Under the pieces are notes generated by a model. It did no database searches, was not told the DNA's origin, and saw nothing but the letters and a program-made list of their open reading frames with translations. Source: an uncultured Rhodobacterales bacterium (lineage in GTDB: Bacteria > Pseudomonadota > Alphaproteobacteria > Rhodobacterales > Rhodobacteraceae). Taken from it: a DNA stretch of 64,000 bases. The position numbers and the translations under genes were made by a program. Below, piece by piece: positions 11,662 through 22,024 of this stretch. The stretch lies in contig CAYGQQ010000002.1 in NCBI GenBank assembly GCA_964352105.1, positions 7,857-71,856 of the forward strand. Reading direction: 5' to 3'. Each line of letters opens with the position of its first letter. The stretch's first letter is position 1.

Positions 11662-12501
11662 CTAGTCCTCAGCGAGTATTAGGTCCTGCAAGATATTCTT
11701 CAACACCATACTCGTCCCGATCCGCGCGCATCCCGGCGCCGCAATGGACAAATCATACGCAACCGGCGGCTGGTTGTGAAGCACGCGGCGCACCCTGCCG
11801 TAGCGGTCCGTCTCGCAATTCTGGGCAGTGACCTGGGACATAATGACAAGCCGGTCAACTTTCACAAAACCTCTGTTCGTTATTGGTCGGGAGACGACAT
11901 CGACAACCCGGCCCGTTCCATCTCCAAGCCGGTGGATCACCCGGTTATTTGCACGCGCCTCACCGAAGACCACCCGCGCAGTGGTCGCGTCCTTCCATTC
12001 GACGGCGACCCGGTCGAAGGACAGTGAGCGTTCCTGCGTGAGGTTAACGGAAACCCGCATGTCATCCGGAAATTTTGTCTCTAACTCACCTGTAACTGCC
12101 AGTTTCGGTAGATAGAACGTGGTTGAGCCCGTGTCGCTGGTTTTGAAATCAAAAGTTAGTCCCGCATGCGTGGCTTCGACCACATCACCACGCCTGCAAG
12201 GCGTGATGAGCGTGATCTCAACGGCATCCTGAGGCAGCTCTTTCACCAAAAAATCAACCTCGCACGCGATCCCGAACGCGTTTCTCGCATTTTGATCACG
12301 GACGATCTTACCAACTTCCTTGGCTGCCGCGTGAAGCGTTTGGGGCGGACTGGCTTGCGACGTTAACCCGGACGCCTTCAAAGAAGTAATTGACCCCGAC
12401 GCCCCTTCTGGAGTTAAAGGTGCCGCCAACTCTGCAAACCCGGGTGCGGCGGCAAATAGCCCGATGCACACCGCGAAAACGGTACGAATTTGTTTGTTCA
12501 T
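11662..12501 (-). CDS. hypothetical exported protein
   Basis: ATG 12501 gives signal peptide MNKQIRTVFAVCIGLFAAAPGFA. Four Cys in the mature part. The stop lies 25 nt upstream of the preferred ATG 11636 of the PBP/OmpA gene (13 nt from TTG 11648). No family recognised. Confidence 0.6.
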   Translation of the reverse strand: MNKQIRTVFAVCIGLFAAAPGFAELAAPLTPEGASGSITSLKASGLTSQASPPQTLHAAAKEVGKIVRDQNARNAFGIACEVDFLVKELPQDAVEITLITPCRRGDVVEATHAGLTFDFKTSDTGSTTFYLPKLAVTGELETKFPDDMRVSVNLTQERSLSFDRVAVEWKDATTARVVFGEARANNRVIHRLGDGTGRVVDVVSRPITNRGFVKVDRLVIMSQVTAQNCETDRYGRVRRVLHNQPPVAYDLSIAAPGCARIGTSMVLKNILQDLILAED

Positions 12502-12579
12502 TTGCCTGCCTAGCCGAGTATTCTCGTTGCTACGCACAGGGTGAGCCCGCACAGGGCTCAAGTCAATATGGGCTGAAAA

Positions 12580-15270
12580 TTAGCCGAGCTGACCGTGACA
12601 ATGTTTGAATTTCTTGCCTGATCCGCACGGGCATTCGGCGTTTCGGCCCGGATTTCCCCAAGTTGACGGGTCGTCCTCAACAAAGCCTTCCGCCGGTTCA
12701 GACACTTTCGGAGCCTCAGCCTGCGGACGCCCTGCCGCGGCTTGCTGCTGCGCCAAGAACTGTTCCATCATTTGCCGTTGCTCTTCTTCGCTGAGCGGGC
12801 GGACTTGGGACAGTTTCTGGGAAACGTCTTCACGCAGCGAATCCAACATGCCTTCGAACAGCTGGAAGCTCTCGTTCTTGTATTCGTTCAGCGGGTCGCG
12901 CTGTGCGTAGCCACGGAACCCAACGACAGACCGCAAATGCTCCAGCTTCAACAAGTGTTCGCGCCATTTTCCGTCGATGGTCTGCAACAGGAGCTGTTTT
13001 TCGATGTTGCGCATCGTTTCTGGGCCGAAATCAATCGCCTTTTTCGCCATGAACTCGTCCACGGTTTTGTATAGGCGTTCCGAGATCTCGTTATCGTCGA
13101 CACCTTCTTCGTCGCCCCATTCGACCACAGGCGCTTCAACGCCCAGTTGTTCCCGAACAGCGACCCGCAGGCCTTCGGTATCCCATTGATCTGCATAGGT
13201 TTTCGGCGGCATATATTGATCAACCAGATCATCGATGACTTGGTGGCGCATGTCGCGGGTGATCTCGTTCACCTCTTCGGATTTCATGATTTCGAGGCGC
13301 TGGCCAAAGATGGCCTTCCGCTGGTCGTTCATCACGTCATCAAATTTCAATAGCTGTTTACGAATGTCGAAGTTGCGACCTTCGACTTTCGCCTGTGCAC
13401 GCTCCAGCGACTTGTTAACCCAAGGGTGAACGATCGCTTCACCTTCTTTCATGCCCAGCGTGGACAGCATCTTGTCGAGGCGGTCTGAACCGAAGATTCG
13501 CATCAGATCATCTTCGAGCGACAGGAAGAAGGACGAACGTCCCGGATCACCCTGACGGCCCGCACGACCCCGCAGCTGGTTATCGATGCGACGGCTTTCG
13601 TGACGCTCAGTGGCCAGAACGAATAAGCCACCGGCATCTTTGACGGCTTCTTCTGCCTTCGTGTGTTCGGCTTCCATTTGCTGGCGGATATCTTCCGGAT
13701 CGGCGTCTGGGTGGGCTGCAATCTCTTCCATGATCGCAAACTCGACATTGCCGCCAAGTTTGATGTCGGTGCCGCGACCCGCCATGTTTGTGGCGATGGT
13801 AACAGACCCTAACTTGCCTGCATTCGCGACAATTTGGGCTTCTTTCTCGTGCTGGCGCGCGTTGAGAACGTTGTGCTCGACCCCAGCTTCGGTCAGCAAT
13901 TGCGATAGAGACTCGGACTTTTCAATCGAGGTCGTGCCAACCAGAACCGGTTGACCTTTTTCATGGGCTTCCTTGATCTGCTCCACGATGGCGGCATATT
14001 TCTCATCTGCTGTGCGGTAGATCGCGTCATGTTCGTCAACCCGCGCGATGGGGCGGTTGGTCGGAACTTCGACCACGCCCAAACCGTAAATTTCGGAAAA
14101 TTCTTCCGCCTCGGTCAGCGCTGTGCCGGTCATACCGGCCAGTTTGTCGTAGAGCCGGAAGTAGTTTTGGAACGTGACAGACGCCAACGTTACGTTTTCG
14201 GGCTGGATCGCGCAGTTTTCCTTGGCTTCGATTGCCTGATGCAGACCGCCTGACAAGCGGCGACCCGCCATCATCCGGCCGGTAAATTCATCGACCAGAA
14301 CAACTTCGTTGTTGCGGACCATATAATCCTTGTCCTTCTTGAACGCTTTATGCGCCTTCAGGGCTTCGGTGACATGGTGAACAAGCGTGGTGCTTTCAGG
14401 GTCATAAAGCGACTGACCTTCCGGCATCAGCTCCATCTCCTGCAATCGTTTTTCGATGAAGTCGTTGCCTTCATCCGTGATTGTCACCACGCGGGTTTTT
14501 TCATCCAACGAGAAATGGTCTTCGGTGATTTCCGGGATCAGTTTGTCGATGGTGACGTAAAGCTCGGAGCGGTCCTCGGAAGGGCCGGAGATAATCAGCG
14601 GCGTCCGCGCTTCATCAATCAAAATAGAGTCTACTTCGTCGACAATCGCGAAATAATGGTCCCGCTGGTGCATCTGTGCCAACTCAGACTTCATGTTGTC
14701 GCGCAAGTAGTCGAACCCGAGCTCATTGTTTGTGGCGTAGGTGATATCAGCTGCATAGGCCTGCGCCTTTTCGTCGTCAGGCTGCTGGGGGTAGATCACG
14801 CCCGTTTTCATGCCCAGCGCGCTGTAGACTTTGCCCATCCACTCGCTGTCACGTTTGGCAAGGTAGTCGTTAACGGTCACAATATGCACACCGCGGCCTG
14901 TCAGCGCGTTCAGATAGGCCGGGAAAGTCGCGACAAGGGTTTTACCCTCACCGGTTTTCATCTCCGCGATATTGCCTTGGTGCAGGAAGATCCCGCCCAT
15001 CAGCTGCGTATCAAACGCCCGCAGACCCAAAGCACGACGCGCAGCTTCGCGAACATTGGCGAAAGCTTCCGGCAGTAGGTCGTCCAAAGCTTCCCCATTT
15101 TGCGCACGCTCGGACAGGGATTTTGTCTTCTCGATAATCGCATCGTCGGACAGCGCTTCGAATTCCTGCTCCAACGCGTTGATCTTCGCGATCACAGGGC
15201 GGATTGCTTTCACTTTTCGGTCGTTCGGTGTCCCGAAGACTTTCTTCGAAATCGTTCCAAATCCAAGCAT
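12580..15270 (-). CDS. secA: preprotein translocase ATPase SecA
   Basis: Full SecA motor with C-terminal zinc finger [14 protein letters not shown]. True start is ATG 15270 ([13 protein letters not shown]...) with a GGAGA RBS; the 146 upstream codons in the track ORF are not SecA-like. Confidence 0.97.
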   Translation of the reverse strand: MLGFGTISKKVFGTPNDRKVKAIRPVIAKINALEQEFEALSDDAIIEKTKSLSERAQNGEALDDLLPEAFANVREAARRALGLRAFDTQLMGGIFLHQGNIAEMKTGEGKTLVATFPAYLNALTGRGVHIVTVNDYLAKRDSEWMGKVYSALGMKTGVIYPQQPDDEKAQAYAADITYATNNELGFDYLRDNMKSELAQMHQRDHYFAIVDEVDSILIDEARTPLIISGPSEDRSELYVTIDKLIPEITEDHFSLDEKTRVVTITDEGNDFIEKRLQEMELMPEGQSLYDPESTTLVHHVTEALKAHKAFKKDKDYMVRNNEVVLVDEFTGRMMAGRRLSGGLHQAIEAKENCAIQPENVTLASVTFQNYFRLYDKLAGMTGTALTEAEEFSEIYGLGVVEVPTNRPIARVDEHDAIYRTADEKYAAIVEQIKEAHEKGQPVLVGTTSIEKSESLSQLLTEAGVEHNVLNARQHEKEAQIVANAGKLGSVTIATNMAGRGTDIKLGGNVEFAIMEEIAAHPDADPEDIRQQMEAEHTKAEEAVKDAGGLFVLATERHESRRIDNQLRGRAGRQGDPGRSSFFLSLEDDLMRIFGSDRLDKMLSTLGMKEGEAIVHPWVNKSLERAQAKVEGRNFDIRKQLLKFDDVMNDQRKAIFGQRLEIMKSEEVNEITRDMRHQVIDDLVDQYMPPKTYADQWDTEGLRVAVREQLGVEAPVVEWGDEEGVDDNEISERLYKTVDEFMAKKAIDFGPETMRNIEKQLLLQTIDGKWREHLLKLEHLRSVVGFRGYAQRDPLNEYKNESFQLFEGMLDSLREDVSQKLSQVRPLSEEEQRQMMEQFLAQQQAAAGRPQAEAPKVSEPAEGFVEDDPSTWGNPGRNAECPCGSGKKFKHCHGQLG

Positions 15271-15451
15271 ATTTTCTCCGCCCAATCTCTGGCTGACATA
15301 ATCTTGTTCTGGCTTCGCCTTGCCCCTTCGGCCATCACACCATATGTCGATGGTCGAGACTTGGGCGTCCCAGACCTTTGGCGATGTAAGGGGCGGCTGG
15401 ATTAGTGTCAACGGCGCGAGACTGTCGCGTCCCTTAGGAGCGATCATTATT

Positions 15452-16291
15452 ATGGGAAAATTCTCTACACTTCTGCGTGCATCCGGCCTTGCGGTAACAG
15501 TTGCGATGCCAGCGGCGGCCCAAGATGCAGACACGGTTATTGCGACTGTGGGCGGCACAGAAATTACGCTGGGCCATGTCATCACGCTGAAGAACCGCCT
15601 GCCAGAGCAGTACCAGCAAGTCCCGCCCGAGCAGTTGTATTCCGGGATTGTGGAACAGTTGGTCAGCCAGGTCGCGCTCAGCCAATTGCCTGAGGTCACT
15701 GAAACCAAGCAGATGACCTTGCTGCTGGAGAATGAGAAATTTGCCTATCTGGCAACCTCCGCGATTGAGGGCGTCCAGTCGCAGGATATCGCAAAAGAAG
15801 ATGTTGAAGCTGCCTATGCCGCAGAATTCGCCGGTTTCATCGGTGAGCAAGAGTTTAACGCGTCTCACATTCTGGTCGAAACAGAAGAAGAAGCACTGGA
15901 CCTCATCAAAATGATCGAGGACGGCGCTGACTTCGCAGAGCTTGCAGTGGAAAAATCCACCGGGCCAAGTGGGCCGAACGGCGGACAGTTGGGTTGGTTC
16001 GGCCTTGGTGCCATGGTCCCGGAATTTGAAGAAGCCGTGGTTGCGATGGAAAACGAAGCCGTCTCTGCGCCTATTCAGACCCAATTTGGCTGGCATGTGA
16101 TCCGTCGCAATGACAGCCGCACCACAAGCGCGCCAACGCTTGATCAGGTGCGCGGCGACATTGAAGCCGGGTTGCGCGGCGAAATGGTTCGCAAATTTAT
16201 CGACGATGCCGTCGCCGCGACAACGGTGGAATACACCGAAACGGAGATTGACCCCGCATTGATCAATCGTGCAGATTTGCTCGACGACTGA
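15452..16291 (+). CDS. periplasmic parvulin-type peptidyl-prolyl isomerase (SurA/PpiC-like)
   Basis: ATG 15452 after an AGGAG RBS. Signal peptide. PpiC domain (FNASHILV...GGQLGWFG...FGWHVI). Confidence 0.85.
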   Translation: MGKFSTLLRASGLAVTVAMPAAAQDADTVIATVGGTEITLGHVITLKNRLPEQYQQVPPEQLYSGIVEQLVSQVALSQLPEVTETKQMTLLLENEKFAYLATSAIEGVQSQDIAKEDVEAAYAAEFAGFIGEQEFNASHILVETEEEALDLIKMIEDGADFAELAVEKSTGPSGPNGGQLGWFGLGAMVPEFEEAVVAMENEAVSAPIQTQFGWHVIRRNDSRTTSAPTLDQVRGDIEAGLRGEMVRKFIDDAVAATTVEYTETEIDPALINRADLLDD

Positions 16292-16314
16292 TCAGCTGAC
16301 GTTCCGAGGGCCAC

Positions 16315-17550
16315 ATGGCAAAAATCACGAAAATTTCTCCCCTCGCGCCAAGCGGGGGGTTTCCTGATCTTCCGATTATTGACGGCGTCACTTTTTCCGC
16401 CGTGGAGGCCGGGGTCAAATATCGCGACCGCAAGGATGTCATGCTGGCCTCTATCGCTCCGGGTAGTGCGATTGCGGGGGTTTTTACCCGTTCTTCCACA
16501 CGCTCCGCGCCGGTTTTGGATTGCCAGCAGAAGCTGGGAGGCGTTTCGGACCCCTCTGCGGGCTTTGCGTTTCTGGTGAACTCCGGAAATTCTAACGCGT
16601 TTACCGGGCGCAATGGTGTTGAGGCCGTCGCGCGGATTACCGGCACCGTCGCCGCGACACTTTCAATACCCGAGGCGCATGTCTTCACCGCCTCCACCGG
16701 CGTCATCGGGGAGCCGCTCGCCTATGATAAAATCACCGCGGCGCTGCTCGATTTGAAGGCGGGTCTTGAACCCGGCAATATCGCGGACGCAGCTGCGGCG
16801 ATCATGACCACCGACACGTTTGCCAAAGGATCAACGCGGCAGGTTCAGATCGGCAACAAGACAGTTTCCATTGCTGGCATTGCCAAAGGGTCCGGGATGA
16901 TCGCGCCGGATATGGCAACGATGCTGGTCTATATCTTCACCGACGCAAAGATCACGCAAGCGGATTTGCAGAGCTTGGTGTCAGACCTGAACGAGACCAG
17001 TTTCAATTGCATTACTGTCGACAGCGATACCTCGACCTCTGACACGCTTTTGGTGGCCGCGACAGGCACGTCGGGTGTCGACGTTACTGGCAATCAGGCT
17101 TTTGCTGCCGCACTGTCTGAGGTCATGTTGGAGCTTGCCCATCTCGTCGTCAAAGATGGGGAGGGGGCGTCCAAGTTTATCGAAGTTCAGGTAACCGGTG
17201 CTGCGGACGATCAGGATGCACGCAAAGTGGCGGGCTCTATTGCGAACTCGCCTTTAGTGAAGACCGCGATTGCAGGTGAAGACCCAAATTGGGGCCGTGT
17301 TGTCATGGCCGTCGGCAAGTCCGGCGCGCAGGCAGACCGGGATTTGCTGAGTATTCGTTTCGGCGATATTCTGGTGGCCGAAAAAGGCTGGGTCTCACCA
17401 GACTATTCCGAAGATCTTGCGGCAGAGTATATGCGTGGTTCTGATCTCGCGATCCGCGCTGATCTTGGCTTGGGAAATGGCACATGCACGATGTGGACCT
17501 GCGATCTGACCCATGACTACATCACGATCAACGCAGACTACAGGTCATGA
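16315..17550 (+). CDS. argJ: bifunctional glutamate N-acetyltransferase / amino-acid acetyltransferase
   Basis: ArgJ hallmarks: MTTDTFAKG and the autoprocessing region PDMATMLVYIFTDA; 411 aa. Confidence 0.95.
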   Translation: MAKITKISPLAPSGGFPDLPIIDGVTFSAVEAGVKYRDRKDVMLASIAPGSAIAGVFTRSSTRSAPVLDCQQKLGGVSDPSAGFAFLVNSGNSNAFTGRNGVEAVARITGTVAATLSIPEAHVFTASTGVIGEPLAYDKITAALLDLKAGLEPGNIADAAAAIMTTDTFAKGSTRQVQIGNKTVSIAGIAKGSGMIAPDMATMLVYIFTDAKITQADLQSLVSDLNETSFNCITVDSDTSTSDTLLVAATGTSGVDVTGNQAFAAALSEVMLELAHLVVKDGEGASKFIEVQVTGAADDQDARKVAGSIANSPLVKTAIAGEDPNWGRVVMAVGKSGAQADRDLLSIRFGDILVAEKGWVSPDYSEDLAAEYMRGSDLAIRADLGLGNGTCTMWTCDLTHDYITINADYRS

Positions 17551-17945
17551 AAACCGTTCTGGTCTCTGCCGTTGCGCTGATTGATCGGGATGGCCGCGTG
17601 CTTCTTGCCCAGCGCCCCGAGGGCAAATCGATGGCGGGTCTTTGGGAGTTTCCGGGCGGCAAAGTCGAAGCGGGCGAAACCCCAGAAGCCGCATTGATCC
17701 GGGAACTTGAAGAAGAGCTTGGGATCAACACCTGGGAAAGCTGCCTCGCACCGCTGACTTTTGCCAGCCACAGCTATGCGGATTTCCACCTGTTGATGCC
17801 ACTTTTCGCCTGCCGAAAGTGGGAGGGAATCGCCAAACCGAAAGAAGGCCAGACCCTTGCGTGGGCGAAACCGAATGAGCTGAAAAACTACCCAATGCCC
17901 GCGGCTGACATCCCGTTGATCCCGATTCTCCGGGATTGGTTATAA
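17547..17945 (+). CDS. mutT: 8-oxo-dGTP diphosphatase (Nudix)
   Basis: Nudix box GLWEFPGGKVEAGETPEAALIRELEEELGI. Start overlaps the argJ stop (ATGA). Confidence 0.88.
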   Translation: MKTVLVSAVALIDRDGRVLLAQRPEGKSMAGLWEFPGGKVEAGETPEAALIRELEEELGINTWESCLAPLTFASHSYADFHLLMPLFACRKWEGIAKPKEGQTLAWAKPNELKNYPMPAADIPLIPILRDWL

Positions 17946-17958
17946 TTTTTCCTAAATT

Positions 17959-17973
17959 TTAATCAAATCTTAA
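17959..17973. promoter_or_regulatory. exact TTAA-N7-TTAA motif (CtrA-type binding site consensus)
   Basis: TTAATCAAATCTTAA in the AT-rich 245-bp gap between mutT and hemH. A further TTAA follows at 17977-17980. Confidence 0.35.
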
Positions 17974-18070
17974 CGCTTAATGAGTGAAATTTCGCCTACG
18001 TGGGAAAAGTTTGTTGAATTTTAAATAAGCGCAAGCTCTACTACCTGACAGCATAGAAGTGGGGACCGGT

Positions 18071-18193
18071 ATGCTTAAGACAATTACAATCGGCAGCTGT
18101 GTGTCGATACAGGGAATATTCGTAAAAGCGCTTGAGAACGGTCGGATTCGTATCCAGATCGGCAAGTCTTTCTTTGACGGCTACCCGGTTTAG
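18071..18193 (+). CDS. candidate 40-aa small protein
   Basis: ATG...TAG encodes MLKTITIGSCVSIQGIFVKALENGRIRIQIGKSFFDGYPV. It is below the ORF-track cutoff and has only a weak purine-rich RBS (GTGGGGA). It fills an otherwise empty gap. Confidence 0.3.
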   Translation: MLKTITIGSCVSIQGIFVKALENGRIRIQIGKSFFDGYPV

Positions 18194-19257
18194 ATCCAGC
18201 CTTTCAGATTCTCTTCGATAACGGAGGCAAGTGCCGCGATATGCGTATCGTCGTCATTTAGGCATGGGATATAGGTGAACTGTTCGCCGCCCGCCTCTTC
18301 GAAGCTTTCCTTGATCTCCTCGTTGATCTCTTCCAGCGTTTCGATGCAATCGGCTGAAAATGCCGGCGCGCACACGGCGATTTTCTTCTTCCCGGCTTCT
18401 GCCAGACGCGCGACTTCCTCGACCGTGTAGGGCTTCAGCCATTCTTCCGGGCCAAATCGCGACTGGAACGTGGTGACGATTTCGCTATCAGCCCAACCCA
18501 AACGCTCTTTCAGAAGCCGCGTCGTTTTCTGGCATTGGCAATGGTAGGGATCACCCTCCATCAGATAGCGTTTCGGGACGCCGTGGTAGGAACAGACTAA
18601 AACGTCAGGGCGATCAGAAACATTGGCGTAGGCTGTCTCGATCGACTGGGCGAGCGCATCGATATAGGTCGGATTGTCGAAATAGGCAGGAACTGTCCGC
18701 ACGGAGGGTTGCCACTTTTCCTCCATCAACGCGCGGAACAATTGATCGTTGGCCGTCGCGGAGGTCGCGCCTGCGTAATGCGGGTAAAGCGGGAAGAAGA
18801 CGATCTTGTCACATCCCCGTTCGATCATCTGGCGTACCTTCGATTTGGTCGAGGGATTTCCGTAACGCATGCAAAAATCAACTTCGATCTGATCGCCATA
18901 TTTGGCCTTCATCGCCTTTGTAATCTTGGCTGTTTGCGCTTTGGTGATCGTCAGAAGCGGGCTTTCGCCCTGATCATGGTTCCAGATGCTCTTGTAAGCA
19001 GCGCCTGACGAAAACGGGCGTTTGGTCAAAATGATCAGTTGCAGCAGCGGTTGCCAGATCCACGGGCTGTAATCGACGACGCGCTTATCGGACAGAAACT
19101 CTCCAAGATACCGGCGCATGGGCCAATACGTGTAGTCATCGGGCGTACCCAGATTGGCCAGCAAGACACCAACCTTGCCAAACTTCACTTTGGGGTGGTC
19201 ATCAGGGGCGTTGTCCAGCTGGGTTTCGGCCAAGGGTTTTGAGGGCATCTGGTTCAT
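18190..19257 (-). CDS. hemH: ferrochelatase
   Basis: Full-length ferrochelatase similarity (VGVLLANLGTPD..., FFPLYPHYAGATS, SYHGVP); 355 aa. Confidence 0.95.
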   Translation of the reverse strand: MNQMPSKPLAETQLDNAPDDHPKVKFGKVGVLLANLGTPDDYTYWPMRRYLGEFLSDKRVVDYSPWIWQPLLQLIILTKRPFSSGAAYKSIWNHDQGESPLLTITKAQTAKITKAMKAKYGDQIEVDFCMRYGNPSTKSKVRQMIERGCDKIVFFPLYPHYAGATSATANDQLFRALMEEKWQPSVRTVPAYFDNPTYIDALAQSIETAYANVSDRPDVLVCSYHGVPKRYLMEGDPYHCQCQKTTRLLKERLGWADSEIVTTFQSRFGPEEWLKPYTVEEVARLAEAGKKKIAVCAPAFSADCIETLEEINEEIKESFEEAGGEQFTYIPCLNDDDTHIAALASVIEENLKGWI

Positions 19258-20111
19258 TTCTTCTTCATTTCCTCATCCTTAACCGGTTTTGCGTCCTCGC
19301 CCAACTCGGTGGTGTTCAAAAAGTCGGCAAGTCGTGTTTTTGCCGATCCCGGGCGCAAAGGTTGCGGTTGGCTGTCATCCGGGGCCCAGCCAGTCAGGAA
19401 CACCAGATCATAGGTTGCCATGATCCGATCGCCCTCGGCTGGAAAGCTATCCCTATATATACGGTCCGCGCGGCCAAACAGATGTTTTGGCGATGGATTT
19501 TTTGTGCGCTGGGTAAGGGCGTTGGTTTCTGCCATGGCGCGCAATTCACGCATCAGCGCGAAAATATCTTTGTAGCTGACATGGCGCTGTGTGCTGTCGG
19601 CTACCGGCAAGTTCAGCCCGGCGCGTTGCAATAGCGCTCCCAGATCGCGGATCTCGGCCATCGGGGCCACACGGGGGGAGAGGCCACCGCTCAATGCGAC
19701 CTCTGCCTCGGACAGGACGGCACGTAGTTCTACAAGGGTTTGCCCCCCAAGAAGCGCGACGATCAGAACGCCATCGGGGCGCAGTGCGCGCTTGCATTGG
19801 ATCAACTGGCCAACCGGGTCATTTGACCAGTGCAAGGACATCGCGTGGATCACAAGATCATGCGCGGCGAGGTCCAGCGAAAGGGTATCGCTGTCTTCGA
19901 CTACTTTGGCATTTGGAAAGGCGCGCTGCCAAAATTCCCCAAACCCGGTCACAATTGCCGGGTCCGTAAACGTTCTTTTAATATCGGTAAGCTTTTCCTT
20001 TACCTCGTCCAGAGCTTCTTCTTGCAGGAAATACTCTGGGCCTTGCGCCAAGGCACGCTTGCGGTGACGCAACAGCGCCGCACGATCAAAGAGAGGTTGG
20101 GTTTGCGACAT
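19254..20111 (-). CDS. class I SAM-dependent methyltransferase
   Basis: Methyltransferase fold region (DLVIHAMSLHWSNDP...ALRPDGVLIVALLGG). The start could be 20111 (MSQTQPLFDR) or 20138. Confidence 0.8.
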   Translation of the reverse strand: MSQTQPLFDRAALLRHRKRALAQGPEYFLQEEALDEVKEKLTDIKRTFTDPAIVTGFGEFWQRAFPNAKVVEDSDTLSLDLAAHDLVIHAMSLHWSNDPVGQLIQCKRALRPDGVLIVALLGGQTLVELRAVLSEAEVALSGGLSPRVAPMAEIRDLGALLQRAGLNLPVADSTQRHVSYKDIFALMRELRAMAETNALTQRTKNPSPKHLFGRADRIYRDSFPAEGDRIMATYDLVFLTGWAPDDSQPQPLRPGSAKTRLADFLNTTELGEDAKPVKDEEMKKK

Positions 20112-20167
20112 TTCAGAACGAACCATAGCTCCGGCCATTGCTTTGGGGCGCTCGTAAGAGGTCTTGG

Positions 20168-20908
20168 ATGAGAATGCAAACGATGCTGCAACTGGTCTAC
20201 CCGCCGCAATGCATCAGCTGCGGCGCGATGGTGGAGCAGGACGGCGCGCTGTGTGGGAGCTGCTGGCGGGAAACGCCGTTCCTGACCGGTGCGACATGCA
20301 AAGGCTGCGCCTTGCCACTTCCGGGAGGTTTGGATGCCGGTATCCTCACGGGCGAGGAGATTTGCGACGACTGCATGGAGGCACCGCGCCCATGGCACGC
20401 AGGTCATGCCGCGCTTTTATATGAGGGCACCGCGCGGCGTCTGGTCCTTTCGATGAAGCATGGCGACCGGACGGAACTGGCCCGGCCCGCCGCCAAATGG
20501 ATGGCGCGCGCATTGCCCCCGCTTGATCCGGAGACGTTGATTATCCCCGTGCCACTGCATTGGTTTCGGTTCCTGCGGCGGCGCTTCAATCAAGCAGCGC
20601 TCTTGGCCAAACATCTGTCGCAGGAGCTTGATCTGGCGTTTGTACCAGATGCGTTGATGCGGACCCACGCGACGCCCTCGATGGGCAGGAAAACCGCGGA
20701 TGACCGGTTCGAGGTGATCCGCTCCGCGATTCAGGTGAATTCCAAACGCACCGAAATTCTTCGCGGCAAACCTATTCTGATCGTCGATGATGTATTCACG
20801 TCCGGGGCCACTTTGGCGGCTTGCGCGCATGCGCTGGATGCGGTCGATCCACAACAAATTGATGTGATTGCTCTGGCGCGCGTTGCGAAGGGCTGGCGAA
20901 AGCCCTAA
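20168..20908 (+). CDS. comF: ComF family protein (phosphoribosyltransferase-like)
   Basis: N-terminal Cys-rich zinc ribbon (CISCG...CGSCW...CKGC...CDDC) and PRTase motif ILIVDDVFTSGATL. Confidence 0.85.
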   Translation: MRMQTMLQLVYPPQCISCGAMVEQDGALCGSCWRETPFLTGATCKGCALPLPGGLDAGILTGEEICDDCMEAPRPWHAGHAALLYEGTARRLVLSMKHGDRTELARPAAKWMARALPPLDPETLIIPVPLHWFRFLRRRFNQAALLAKHLSQELDLAFVPDALMRTHATPSMGRKTADDRFEVIRSAIQVNSKRTEILRGKPILIVDDVFTSGATLAACAHALDAVDPQQIDVIALARVAKGWRKP

Positions 20909-20939
20909 ATCCTTTGTTCAGCAACGAAGGACACACGAA

Positions 20940-21197
20940 ATGGCCAAAGTCGAAATCTACACCTCCCCGCTCTGTGGCTTTTGTCATGCTGCGAAACGCC
21001 TGTTGACCCAGAAAGGTGTGAGCTTTGCAGAAACCAACGTCGCGACGGATCGGGACCTGAAGGCAGCGATGGTTCAACGTGCAGGTGGCAGAACCTCTGT
21101 ACCGCAGATTTTCATCAACGACTTTCATGTCGGCGGGTGTGACGACCTGTTCGAGTTGGAAAGCGGCGGGCAACTCGACAAGATGCTGGCGGCCTGA
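20940..21197 (+). CDS. grxC: glutaredoxin 3
   Basis: MAKVEIYTSPLCGFCHAAKRLL...TSVPQIFI...GGCDDL; 85 aa. Start placed at ATG 20940 inside the track ORF. Confidence 0.93.
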   Translation: MAKVEIYTSPLCGFCHAAKRLLTQKGVSFAETNVATDRDLKAAMVQRAGGRTSVPQIFINDFHVGGCDDLFELESGGQLDKMLAA

Positions 21198-22024
21198 TGC
21201 TTCGCGCCGCTCTCCTGCAGCTTTGCGCGTCTGACCGGCCTGACGAAAATTTGGTTGAGACCCTGCGGATGGTGCGAGAGGCCGTGCATGGCGGCGCGCT
21301 ATTCGTGCTGACGCCTGAAGTAACCAACTGTGTTTCCGACAGTCGATCTGACCAGAACGCGGTGCTGCATCATCAGGACGACGACCCGACATTGAAAGCC
21401 CTGCAAGCCGAAGCGCAGGCTTTGGAGATATGGCTGCTGATCGGCTCACTAGCGCTGAAAACCAATGACCCCGATGGCCGCTTCGCGAACCGGTCTTTTC
21501 TGATCAATCCTCAGGGCGAGATTGCGGCGCAATATGACAAGATCCATATGTTCGATGTCACCTTGTCCGAGACAGAGGCCTACAGGGAATCGCATGGCTA
21601 CCGGCCAGGTGAGACGTCCACCCTCGCGAAGACACCGTTTGGCAATATTGGTCTGACTGTCTGCTACGACATCCGCTTTCCGCATCTCCACCGCAGTCTG
21701 GCCAAGGCCGGGGCTCAGATTTTGACGGTTCCCGCGGCCTTTGCCCGTCCAACCGGACAAGCGCATTGGGAGGTTCTGCTGCGCGCCCGCGCGATCGAGA
21801 CCGGCTGTTTCGTCCTTGCGCCCGCCCAAACCGGGGAACATCCGGGAAGCCGACGCAAAACCTTTGGCCATTCAATGGCCATCGCCCCATGGGGGGAGGT
21901 TCTTGCCGATGCGGGGACAGATGTTGGCATCACTTACGTTGATCTGGATCTGGAGCAAGTCGCCAAGGCGCGACAGCGTGTCCCTTCCTTGACCCATGAT
22001 CGTGTCTTTAAGATGCGCGAATGA
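21197..22024 (+). CDS. carbon-nitrogen hydrolase (nitrilase superfamily, Nit-like)
   Basis: CN-hydrolase pattern with catalytic Cys context GLTVCYDIRFP; 275 aa. Confidence 0.88.
   Translation: MLRAALLQLCASDRPDENLVETLRMVREAVHGGALFVLTPEVTNCVSDSRSDQNAVLHHQDDDPTLKALQAEAQALEIWLLIGSLALKTNDPDGRFANRSFLINPQGEIAAQYDKIHMFDVTLSETEAYRESHGYRPGETSTLAKTPFGNIGLTVCYDIRFPHLHRSLAKAGAQILTVPAAFARPTGQAHWEVLLRARAIETGCFVLAPAQTGEHPGSRRKTFGHSMAIAPWGEVLADAGTDVGITYVDLDLEQVAKARQRVPSLTHDRVFKMRE

Noticed and set aside
15271-15708. A 146-codon N-terminal extension of secA in the ORF track.
   Set aside because: The extension has no SecA similarity. The canonical SecA N-terminus MLGFG... starts at ATG 15270 behind a GGAGA RBS. 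The extension would also run through the divergent ppiC-type gene's promoter and start region.
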